Virus record (IMG/VR): IMGVR_UViG_3300035070_002626 | Location: 124,001 to 188,000 of that record | DNA length: 64,000 nt | Reading direction: 5' to 3' (one strand) | In this document: positions 56,646-64,000 of the stretch, piece by piece | Position numbering within the stretch: position 1 is the stretch's first letter | Layout: each line of letters begins with the position of its first letter | Position numbers and translations under genes: made by a program | Notes under the pieces: generated by a model | What the model was told of the DNA's origin: nothing | Seen by the model: only the letters and a program-made list of their open reading frames with translations | The model's database searches: none

Positions 56646-57461
56646 TCACCTACGGCGCATAACAGTGTTCTCTGCAAGTTCTTTCCAATTCGGAGATACC
56701 TTTGTAAGATCAGCTATTTTGAGTGCCATACGTAAACTCATTTCACGTAATGTTTCTTTTTTGTCGTTCATAAAGCCAAGTATTGCGTTTTCTTGTTCTT
56801 TAGATATATCGTACCCATTAAACAGTTCGCCTGTGTTGCAAATTTGTTTGATGCGCAGATATTTGTCACGCATTGTATCTAGTGTAAGATCTAGATAGTG
56901 GCAACGGCTTTGCAATGCTTCGAGGTGATCCTGCATTTTTTTGCTGCGAATGTTTTCAAACTTAACGTTGGTAATAAAAATAACACCGCCTTTGAATTCA
57001 AACTTGTTTGGAATACCTTCTGCACGAAGTTTTGCACTATCTGCATTCCAATGCAGTACACGCTTCTTACCACTGTCCAGTGCAGCTTTTAGGATGTTGA
57101 GACTGAGCTCATCCATTAGCACACTGTCACAGTCATCAAATACCAGCACATGATTCTTGTCTGCGTGTTCATATAATTTGGCATACAATCCTAGTGCAGT
57201 CATTGCACCTTTAACTACTTCATATTTGATACTGCGCCCAGCAATAGCATCCATCATCGAACTTTTGTCTAGTTCTTTTTCAACACCGTATGATTTACCC
57301 ACACCCGGAGGTCCAGTTACAATCATTGCACGAACATCGCCTGCGATAACCGCTTTGGTCATATCGTGTAAGATATCAAATCGAGTTTCGATGCGTTTCA
57401 TTACTGCATCATCAGATTCAAATTTAATTGTTTCTGCTTGTTTTTGCTTTAGTTTAGGCAT
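56646..57461 (-). CDS. AAA+ family ATPase (large-phage type)
   Basis: GPPGVGKS Walker A, LVFDDCD Walker B, FITN, ALQSR. Confidence 0.88.
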   Translation of the reverse strand: MPKLKQKQAETIKFESDDAVMKRIETRFDILHDMTKAVIAGDVRAMIVTGPPGVGKSYGVEKELDKSSMMDAIAGRSIKYEVVKGAMTALGLYAKLYEHADKNHVLVFDDCDSVLMDELSLNILKAALDSGKKRVLHWNADSAKLRAEGIPNKFEFKGGVIFITNVKFENIRSKKMQDHLEALQSRCHYLDLTLDTMRDKYLRIKQICNTGELFNGYDISKEQENAILGFMNDKKETLREMSLRMALKIADLTKVSPNWKELAENTVMRRR

Positions 57462-57504
57462 TTCTAGCTCCTTACAGTGTTTGCTTTTTTAGCTTATGTA
57501 TAAC

Positions 57505-57533
57505 ATTATAAGATAGTTTTATTGTGCTGTCAA
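57505..57533 (-). promoter_or_regulatory. Consensus sigma70 promoter of the AAA ATPase gene
   Basis: TTGACA-N17-TATAAT. Confidence 0.8.
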
Positions 57534-57537
57534 CCTT

Positions 57538-57633
57538 TTAGTTAACAATATAGCAAATAATTCCAACAAGTGCAATTAAAGACATAACATCGGAAGTAAA
57601 TTGAATTGCTAAATTTTTAAATAAACTCGTCAT
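57538..57633 (-). CDS. Small hydrophobic peptide (31 aa)
   Basis: MTSLFKNLAIQFTSDVMSLIALVGIICYIVN; ATGA coupling. Confidence 0.5.
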   Translation of the reverse strand: MTSLFKNLAIQFTSDVMSLIALVGIICYIVN

Positions 57634-57800
57634 TTTTTACCTTTAGGGCCAGGATTTGCTTTTGGCCGACCTCGCTTGCGTTGCCACGGATTTATCAAAA
57701 GTTCTTCAGTGCGAGCATTGGGTTCACACACTGTGATTTCGTTGCCCTTGGCTAGCCATTCGTCAATGACCTCTTGCGGAGTGGGTTCATGATTTGACAA
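57630..57800 (-). CDS. Small protein (56 aa) with a SutA-like motif and an AT-hook
   Basis: TTG start with AAAGGA RBS; IDEWLAKGNEITVC and RKRGRPK. Confidence 0.65.
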   Translation of the reverse strand: MSNHEPTPQEVIDEWLAKGNEITVCEPNARTEELLINPWQRKRGRPKANPGPKGKK

Positions 57801-57824
57801 TATATTTTCCTTTCTTTTTTTATC

Positions 57825-57917
57825 TTATACAATAATCATTGCTATTGCAATTATAGGAATTACAATAAATGCAACAGTTAGCGATATGTGTATGATTTGC
57901 CATATAACTTTATTCAT
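57825..57917 (-). CDS. Small hydrophobic peptide (30 aa)
   Basis: MNKVIWQIIHISLTVAFIVIPIIAIAMIIV. Confidence 0.45.
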   Translation of the reverse strand: MNKVIWQIIHISLTVAFIVIPIIAIAMIIV

Positions 57918-57922
57918 CTGTG

Positions 57923-58153
57923 TTAACTCTTTTTGCATTTCATAATCATGTCATGTGCATCAGTGTATGTACTCATATCATTGACTAGTGCATCAATACT
58001 GTCAAGTATAACCAACTCAACTAGTACAGCAACTTCGTCCCTTTGCTTAGGTGGTAATGTAACAACCCAATCAAGTAGATCGCTTTCTTTATCTACAGAC
58101 CAAATTTTATCTAGTAGATTTTTTTGATATTGTGATAATCCATCATTTAGCAT
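57923..58153 (-). CDS. Hypothetical protein
   Basis: MLNDGLSQYQKNLLDKIW...; AAGGA RBS. Confidence 0.7.
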   Translation of the reverse strand: MLNDGLSQYQKNLLDKIWSVDKESDLLDWVVTLPPKQRDEVAVLVELVILDSIDALVNDMSTYTDAHDMIMKCKKS

Positions 58154-58310
58154 TATTGCGTTCCTTGAACATACGCTTGAGTACATATTTGTGTTTGTTA
58201 AAGTAATAGGTGTCGTCGTAACAAACTAACTCGTTGGTCCAGTTGTAAATTTCATCTTTGTGTTCAAACCACTTGTCTTGACAAAATTTCCTAAACTTTG
58301 AAATTTGCAT
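58143..58310 (-). CDS. Small hypothetical protein (55 aa)
   Basis: MQISKFRKFCQDKWFEHKDE...; AGGAG RBS, promoter upstream. Confidence 0.7.
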   Translation of the reverse strand: MQISKFRKFCQDKWFEHKDEIYNWTNELVCYDDTYYFNKHKYVLKRMFKERNNAK

Positions 58311-58338
58311 ATTTGTACACTCCTGCGTTTATAGTAGT

Positions 58339-58367
58339 ATACTAGCACAGTGCAACAGCAATGTCAA
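58339..58367 (-). promoter_or_regulatory. Sigma70-type promoter
   Basis: TTGACA-N17-TAGTAT. Confidence 0.55.
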
Positions 58368-58368
58368 G

Positions 58369-58394
58369 AAAAAAGCACCCGCAAAGGTGCTTTT
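58369..58394. terminator. Bidirectional intrinsic terminator
   Basis: AAAAGCACC-CGCAAA-GGTGCTTTT. Confidence 0.75.
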
Positions 58395-58416
58395 AACTTA
58401 GTTTATGTGTTATTCT

Positions 58417-59004
58417 TTACCAAGCGGACCATTTTGCTGGGCATCTGGCTGAGCACGTAAATACATCGCCTGCTTCTAGCCCAAAGAACCAACCAAGGTA
58501 TGTTGGAGCATCGCTAGGTCCTGTTGGTATATACCCTTCTGCAATCACTGGGGCAGATCCATTAATTAAAATGTTGCTTCTATCTGCAAAGTAATCATTT
58601 GGATCATCATCAGAAGTAAGTGTAGCATAACCCGGCCATGGATACGGTTTTAAAAACCCTGCGCCTACTAGATTAAAGCTCTCAGTGATACCTTTACTGC
58701 CTAATGATGCATCTTCGCTGTTTACTCCATCTGTGCTAAACCACAATGATCCGAGATTTAACGAACCCGAATTAACTGTTACACTTAATGTGTGTTCATG
58801 TAACGCACCGTCATCGTCATCTTCAAATGTCCAGGTTCCGATTAACTCGAAGCCTTCCTCATCATCTGGGCCCGGGCCAGCCCATACGCCATCTCTGGTA
58901 ACCGGAGTCACTGCACCTGTTTGCACTTCTGCGCCGTCCCAGAGGATGGTTAAATCTGCTGTTGATACACTTGTACCTAACAATTTTACTGTTCTTAATG
59001 CCAT
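58417..59004 (-). CDS. Acidic beta-rich hypothetical protein (monocistronic late gene)
   Basis: AGGA RBS, own terminator, structured leader. Confidence 0.7.
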   Translation of the reverse strand: MALRTVKLLGTSVSTADLTILWDGAEVQTGAVTPVTRDGVWAGPGPDDEEGFELIGTWTFEDDDDGALHEHTLSVTVNSGSLNLGSLWFSTDGVNSEDASLGSKGITESFNLVGAGFLKPYPWPGYATLTSDDDPNDYFADRSNILINGSAPVIAEGYIPTGPSDAPTYLGWFFGLEAGDVFTCSARCPAKWSAW

Positions 59005-59024
59005 ATTTATTTCCTAAACTTGTT

Positions 59025-59117
59025 TTACCTAGCCCGCAGTATTAGGCAGGCCGCTGTAGTGCGTAGCCTTGCCCGGTAATTGTACTAACACTACCCAACT
59101 GCGGCCGTTGTAGTGTT
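59025..59117 (-). ncRNA. Candidate structured RNA leader with a pseudoknot
   Basis: GC-rich intergenic region; two stem-loops; CCGCAGT/ACTGCGG long-range complement; 13-nt near-direct repeat. Confidence 0.5.
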
Positions 59118-59136
59118 TGTGTTATTATAATTGTAT

Positions 59137-59892
59137 TTAGCACCAATGTTGAGATATTATATTATCTTTAACTTCATGCGGTTTTGGATTTCCGTGAAAT
59201 ATTAGCACACTTGCTTCTGGCGGCACAACACTTGCAGCACCAGGGTCCTTATGTTTTCTATATCGAAAATCATATCCACCTTGCATTACTTGCCATCGAT
59301 AACTGAGAATCTGATCAGAATTATAAAACGCAACATTGTTTTTTACTTTTTCAAAAATGTAGTCTTGGTCTCCGTGCCACGGGCATCTTGGATTATTAAT
59401 AATCGAGTTTGGATCGAATTCATTGTATACATGTGCATAGTCCTTTGGATCAAACCACATTACACTACTGTTGATTGCCCATTTGCTACTTTTCATAAGA
59501 TATTTAAAATCTCGTGCGGCCCAAAATTTATCTTTGTTAACTTGCCACAACCAATCGATATTCCCTACAATGACAGTATCAAGATCAAAGTACAGCATTT
59601 TTCCTTGATCTTTTAAACAGTTTTGTGTGTTAAAGAGTTGTATCTTGTACCACCAACTGCGCTTAGGCCCCCTAACACCATCCCATTCTTCTAGTGCATG
59701 CTTGATGTAAGGTGCAGGTACGTGACGTGTACTTTCTGTGTACACATGCATTCTAACACTGGGTGTTAGGTTGCGGCATAGACTATTATAAAGTCTATCT
59801 ACATATGTCCAGTCATACAGTGTGTCATGTATTAAACATGCACAATCTATCACATCATCCACTCCAGTGAGTCGCTTAATCTTTTTAGCCAT
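59137..59892 (-). CDS. GT-A glycosyltransferase (GT8-like)
   Basis: WWYKIQLF, YFDLD, NSSVM, GDQDYI, FHGNPKPH. Confidence 0.85.
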   Translation of the reverse strand: MAKKIKRLTGVDDVIDCACLIHDTLYDWTYVDRLYNSLCRNLTPSVRMHVYTESTRHVPAPYIKHALEEWDGVRGPKRSWWYKIQLFNTQNCLKDQGKMLYFDLDTVIVGNIDWLWQVNKDKFWAARDFKYLMKSSKWAINSSVMWFDPKDYAHVYNEFDPNSIINNPRCPWHGDQDYIFEKVKNNVAFYNSDQILSYRWQVMQGGYDFRYRKHKDPGAASVVPPEASVLIFHGNPKPHEVKDNIISQHWC

Positions 59893-60725
59893 AATCCTTG
59901 TTCTATTTCTGGCACAGTGTATTCAGTGTGGCATATTTCTACAAACCATTGTTCTCTGTCCACTGGCTTAGGGTGTTCAATATTCTCCAAGTGTGTACTA
60001 ACTGGATGTGCAAGACTGCTCGAATTGGTTAGCACATTTGCGCCAGCAATTGCTGCACTAATGCCAGGGCCGCTACAGTGATTTACTACTGCATGATATC
60101 CGTAGTCAATGTTGTATTTGTCATAAGTGTCGTCCACTCGTATAGGTTGTTCCATTGTGCAGTTAGCAAAGTTTTCCAACATAAATCGATGTGGGGGGAT
60201 AAATGCAGGACTGCGTGGATGCGGCCTAACTACTATTGGCCGGTCTGTATACTTGCGTAGATGGGCAATAGTCTCTCTAGTCCAAGTTGGAAGATCGGGC
60301 ATGTTTTCCCATTGCAAACTTTTACGATGCTGCAATGCTATCAAAATACCATCACTTTGTTGTGATAACTTGCTTAGTTTTAATCCCAGGGCAGCTGGCC
60401 TATCCCAGTCTAAATTTTGTTGATGTCCGTAATAGCCAGTGGCATTGATATTGTTAATTGCTATCTTCCATGTTACCTCACGATCGAGTGCCCCAACATC
60501 AATCACAATAACTGGTTTGTTTTGGCTGCGATAATGGTCGTATACTTGTTTGTTCTTTGCCATACGCCCATTCCACAGTACACTCCATATTACAACAGCA
60601 TCACAATCTAAACTATTTTCAACTGGCGTTATACCTGCTGCTCTACAACTACTGAGAAATGCTTCCAGCACTGTAGAGCTGTTCAGTGCACACTGTTCTG
60701 GATAATATGCTATGTTAATGATCAT
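59850..60725 (-). CDS. Capsule-biosynthesis-like (KpsC/KpsS-type) GT-B protein
   Basis: ILIALQ, RPIVVRPHP, S...I.A.I.G, Y...EI..G. Confidence 0.65.
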   Translation of the reverse strand: MIINIAYYPEQCALNSSTVLEAFLSSCRAAGITPVENSLDCDAVVIWSVLWNGRMAKNKQVYDHYRSQNKPVIVIDVGALDREVTWKIAINNINATGYYGHQQNLDWDRPAALGLKLSKLSQQSDGILIALQHRKSLQWENMPDLPTWTRETIAHLRKYTDRPIVVRPHPRSPAFIPPHRFMLENFANCTMEQPIRVDDTYDKYNIDYGYHAVVNHCSGPGISAAIAGANVLTNSSSLAHPVSTHLENIEHPKPVDREQWFVEICHTEYTVPEIEQGLWLKRLSDSLEWMM

Positions 60726-60741
60726 GGTTATAAATACTCGT

Positions 60742-61572
60742 ATGAAACGTTATACAGTAGTTACCACATTTCATCAGGAGGGCTTGGAATTGTACGGCCA
60801 GCGGATGATTGATTCATTTGAGCAGCATTGGCCCGACAGTGTCGATATGATTGTTTACACAGAAAATTGCACTCCAAGAATAACCAAGAAAAATATACGT
60901 TGTGTTGATCTACTTAGTGTTAGCAGCGAGTGCAAAAGTTTTGTTGAAAGACACAAAAACAACCCGGAAGCACACGGTGGATTAGGTCCTCACAATCAAG
61001 GGGAATGGAGTGAACGCAAGCACTTTAAATGGCAAGGTGTGAGATTTTGTTACAAAGTATTTGCAGTACACCACGCAGTAAACACGGTTGACAGCGATTG
61101 GATTATTTGGTTAGACGCAGACAGTCACACCCATAGCCCATTAAGTGTTGAATTTTTAGACAGCATTAGCCCAGATGATTTTATTGCAACCCACCTGGGA
61201 CGGACTGATAGATACCACAGCGAATGCGGATGGGTAGGGTACAATCGTCAACACCCATTGGGCATTGAGTTTGTTAATGACTTTGCCGGAATGTACATCA
61301 ACGACACCATGTTCAATGAACGTGAATGGCATGATAGTTACTTGTTTGATGTGCAGAGAAAACATTATCGAGATAGCAAAGGTGTAAGCTTTTATGATCT
61401 CAATCCCGAACCTGATACCAAGGGACTAGCAGGGCACCCGTTTATTAACAGCAAGCTAGGAATGTATTTGGATCACATGAAAGGTGATCGCAAACAACGT
61501 GGACACAGTAAAGCAAAAGAAGTTAGACTGCACAGCGACCACCCGTACTGGAAGAAGATTTTAAATGTATGA
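60742..61572 (+). CDS. GT-A glycosyltransferase
   Basis: RFCYKVFA, WLDAD, ECG, EWHDS, DHMKG.RK. Confidence 0.8.
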   Translation: MKRYTVVTTFHQEGLELYGQRMIDSFEQHWPDSVDMIVYTENCTPRITKKNIRCVDLLSVSSECKSFVERHKNNPEAHGGLGPHNQGEWSERKHFKWQGVRFCYKVFAVHHAVNTVDSDWIIWLDADSHTHSPLSVEFLDSISPDDFIATHLGRTDRYHSECGWVGYNRQHPLGIEFVNDFAGMYINDTMFNEREWHDSYLFDVQRKHYRDSKGVSFYDLNPEPDTKGLAGHPFINSKLGMYLDHMKGDRKQRGHSKAKEVRLHSDHPYWKKILNV

Positions 61573-62215
61573 AAAACACAGCTGGTGGTTTCCAGACCAA
61601 GATACACACTTTGTAGAAATGCTGGATAAGAATATACACAAAGGTTTTGAGCCAGTGTATCAAGAACCTGTGCGCAATAAAAGTTTACGATATGTAAAGC
61701 AAAAAAGTGTTGCACTTGATATTGGGGCAAACATTGGCTTGTGGAGTAGGGACCTTGCACTGCATTTTACAAAAGTTATTGCATTTGAACCAGTAAGCGA
61801 CTTTCGTGATTGTTTGATTAAAAATGTTGTTAACGGCAATATAGACATTCGACCTTATGCACTAGGGCCAGAAGACACAACCATTGACATGGTTGTTACC
61901 GAAGGTAACACTGGCCACAGTCATGTTGACAACAATACAATTGGCAGCGGATCCATTGACATGCGCAAGTTGGATAGTTTGAAATTTGATGCTGTTGATT
62001 ATATTAAAATTGACTGTGAAGGATATGAGCTATCCATACTACAAGGTGCAGAGCAAACTATTAAACATCATCAACCTGTGATTGTAGTTGAACAAAAACT
62101 ACACAAAGATACCGGCATAACCAAAGAAACACAATATGGCAGTGTTGAATTACTAAAAAGTTGGGGCATGATTGAACTGGCCAGAGTGAGAAACGACTGT
62201 ATACTAGGCTGGTAA
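61565..62215 (+). CDS. FkbM-family methyltransferase
   Basis: LDIGANIGLWS, AFEP, LDS, IKIDCEGYE. Confidence 0.92.
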   Translation: MYEKHSWWFPDQDTHFVEMLDKNIHKGFEPVYQEPVRNKSLRYVKQKSVALDIGANIGLWSRDLALHFTKVIAFEPVSDFRDCLIKNVVNGNIDIRPYALGPEDTTIDMVVTEGNTGHSHVDNNTIGSGSIDMRKLDSLKFDAVDYIKIDCEGYELSILQGAEQTIKHHQPVIVVEQKLHKDTGITKETQYGSVELLKSWGMIELARVRNDCILGW

Positions 62216-63139
62216 GTGCGGTTCAAAGTGTCGATATATTTCACCATTTTGACTTTGTGCAATAGTCCAATGTGCTTGACATAAATTATTCAACCACTGT
62301 TCTCTGTCCGGCATTTGAGGATTGTTAATATTTCTAGTATTATGATTTGCAACGTCCCAAGTAACTGCACTTTCTTCATTGATAAATGTTGGTACACCTT
62401 CCAATACACTCAATACACTGCTCGAGCTGTTGTAAAATACCGCAGCCCTGGCGCCCTTAACATCTTGTTGAAGTGTGCGCTTGGTACTATCAACAATGTC
62501 AACGTGTTGTTGTCGGCCGATTAATTCTGCCCATGGTTTGTCCATAGTACCTGGATGTGGGCGTATTTTAATAACAGTGCCAACTTGACTGCGTATAATT
62601 TTTAATGTTTTTTGTAGCCAAGCTATTTGGTCAAATCCTTTAGCATTCCAGCCGTTATCACGCTGCAAGCATAATAAAATATGATCACCATAATTTTTCC
62701 ACGGCTTTAATTCAAGTCCTAATGTATCACGCACCATATGCCAGTGATTATGATTGCTGTTACTGTTAGCATATTCACCTTCGTTGTAAAACACACTGTC
62801 AAGGCTGTAACGCAACCACATGTTTTCGTGCTCATTGTGAAACTTAAAGCAACTTCCATCAATGCTCATAACTCTGCCGCCAATTGCCTTTTGATGATTA
62901 ATAATAGCTTCTCTATGATAAATGTGCGGACCACTATAGCTCATACCGACCCACCCAATGATTACTGCTAGTTTTGCACGATGTAATTGCCGATCACGCA
63001 AATTTTCATCAACCAACACACGGGCACCACATTGTCTTGCGCCGTCTGCAAATGCTCGCATGATCTGTACTTTAATATTATGATTGCGAATCTTCGGAAG
63101 ACTGCTCAAGTACACAACAACATCATAATCCCACGTCAT
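62204..63139 (-). CDS. Capsule-biosynthesis-like GT-B protein
   Basis: HILLCLQ, IKIRPHP, YNSS..V..VLEGVP, DREQW, W...Q..G. Confidence 0.65.
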   Translation of the reverse strand: MTWDYDVVVYLSSLPKIRNHNIKVQIMRAFADGARQCGARVLVDENLRDRQLHRAKLAVIIGWVGMSYSGPHIYHREAIINHQKAIGGRVMSIDGSCFKFHNEHENMWLRYSLDSVFYNEGEYANSNSNHNHWHMVRDTLGLELKPWKNYGDHILLCLQRDNGWNAKGFDQIAWLQKTLKIIRSQVGTVIKIRPHPGTMDKPWAELIGRQQHVDIVDSTKRTLQQDVKGARAAVFYNSSSSVLSVLEGVPTFINEESAVTWDVANHNTRNINNPQMPDREQWLNNLCQAHWTIAQSQNGEIYRHFEPHLPA

Positions 63140-63990
63140 CTGCTGTAGTTCTCCTGCAAAATATGCCAGGCGGTGCCTTCCTGCATTTCTTTAGGTGTAA
63201 ATTGATTGTATGCTAAATTGCAACAAAGATTTCTAACTTCGGGTATAGACGGCATGTAAGGAGTTGCAATTTTCTTTAAGTCTGTGTTAGCCAATGGCTG
63301 CGCTGCATTTGGTCCCATTGTGAACACAGGCTTTCCAAATATCAATGCTTCTACCGCAGCAATACTGTTGTAAGTTACCAAACAGTGCACATCTTGAGAT
63401 AGTGCCATTTCCATTGTGTCCACATTAACACGAGCATGTCGGCTTTGTTTTTCCCTGACTACAATAGGCCTGTCAGTGTGCTGTTTAATTTCGTTGATTG
63501 TTGTTTCTACCCATTCTGTTAAATCTACACCCCAATAAGACAGTGCTTTTTGACTAGGAGGACACAGCAAGATATTTCTCCCTGGAAGATGTCTGTTAAT
63601 TGTAACACCTGTTTTGAGAAATCTATCATCTTGGCACTGTTGGTATAATGGTGCACTATATTGCAATGCATTTTTAGTAATTCGGTGATATTTTTTATGC
63701 TTGCCGTTGCCAAAATAGCCAGTGTCAATGTAATAAAAATCTCGCTTTTCTTCTAAGCATCTATGTATTACTTTCTTTTTAGCAATACCTCTTACTACAA
63801 CCGGCACTGACAAATCAGTTAATTCTACGTGCTTGCTTGCTCCAAACACTCCGTTGGACCCTAATAAAAAACTCTCTACTATTACATCCAACTTTGATTC
63901 TCCTTTTGGTTGAGTAACGCCAGCATCAACAATGCCCATACAGCCCGGGGTATTATGAGATTGTATTATACGTTCAATGATGTTGTCCAT
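63136..63990 (-). CDS. Capsule-biosynthesis-like GT-B protein
   Basis: YIDTGY, ILLCPPS, RPIVVREK, TYNSIAAVEA..GKP, NQF...EM..G; start may lie at or beyond the window edge. Confidence 0.65.
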   Translation of the reverse strand: MDNIIERIIQSHNTPGCMGIVDAGVTQPKGESKLDVIVESFLLGSNGVFGASKHVELTDLSVPVVVRGIAKKKVIHRCLEEKRDFYYIDTGYFGNGKHKKYHRITKNALQYSAPLYQQCQDDRFLKTGVTINRHLPGRNILLCPPSQKALSYWGVDLTEWVETTINEIKQHTDRPIVVREKQSRHARVNVDTMEMALSQDVHCLVTYNSIAAVEALIFGKPVFTMGPNAAQPLANTDLKKIATPYMPSIPEVRNLCCNLAYNQFTPKEMQEGTAWHILQENYSR

Positions 63991-64000
63991 ACTGTCTTCG

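Noticed and set aside
59025-59117. Known ribozyme or riboswitch (hammerhead, twister, cobalamin, c-di-GMP)
   Set aside because: Could not find their conserved cores (e.g. CUGANGA/GAAA) by eye; kept only as an unclassified structured RNA
450-63728. Many antisense or nested ORFs in the six-frame track (e.g. 3288-3899, 23251-23880, 28692-29339, 42417-42983, 47883-48389)
   Set aside because: They are shadows of well-supported genes on the opposite strand, with no motifs or RBS
1-64000. CRISPR array or long DNA tandem repeats
   Set aside because: No regularly spaced direct repeats seen; the repeats present are at protein level (curlin, FG-GAP, coiled coil)
1-64000. Stop-codon reassignment as seen in some large phages
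   Set aside because: Conserved genes are full length in the standard code, and TAG (e.g. FkbM, phosphoesterase) and TGA (e.g. uvsW, amidinotransferase) both end intact genes

Overview
This 64 kb window is a gene-dense, AT-rich segment, read mostly on the minus strand, of a large T4-like myovirus genome. The host is probably a marine proteobacterium, most likely an alphaproteobacterium (inferred). Phage core genes include a gp41-like helicase, gp61-like primase, UvsW helicase, a gp62-like protein, an exonuclease, NrdA/NrdB/glutaredoxin, a PAAR spike tip, tailspike and other virion proteins, and two tRNAs (Leu-TAA and a probable Ile2-CAT). Sigma70-type early promoters and TA(T)AAATA late promoters recur throughout. 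Accessory cargo includes UvsE, a lipase, an amidinotransferase/2OG-oxygenase/UDP-sugar dehydrogenase/sulfotransferase cluster, ClpS-Hsp20-ClpX, a lipoprotein-autotransporter-like protein and a second glycosyltransferase/FkbM cluster. The best candidate for a new system is at 8.8-19.6 kb. It is a curli-type secretion operon (CsgF, CsgG, two curlins) co-transcribed with a FecR protein that ends in a curlin-like strand and with a CHASE2 adenylate cyclase. Nearby are a divergent Fis-type regulator with a palindromic operator, two metallophosphoesterases, and a stand-alone, catalytically empty copy of the cyclase C-terminus. Together these suggest a phage-encoded amyloid-fibre-to-cAMP trans-envelope signalling circuit. 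Other highlights are a 187-aa minimal DnaE that keeps all catalytic motifs, a probably virion-packaged NTase-RNA-ligase fusion next to a RegB-like RNase, a 3'UTR hairpin loop complementary to its own gene's RBS, a ROSE thermometer, and a pseudoknotted 5' leader. All assignments come from reading motifs by eye; no database searches were run.
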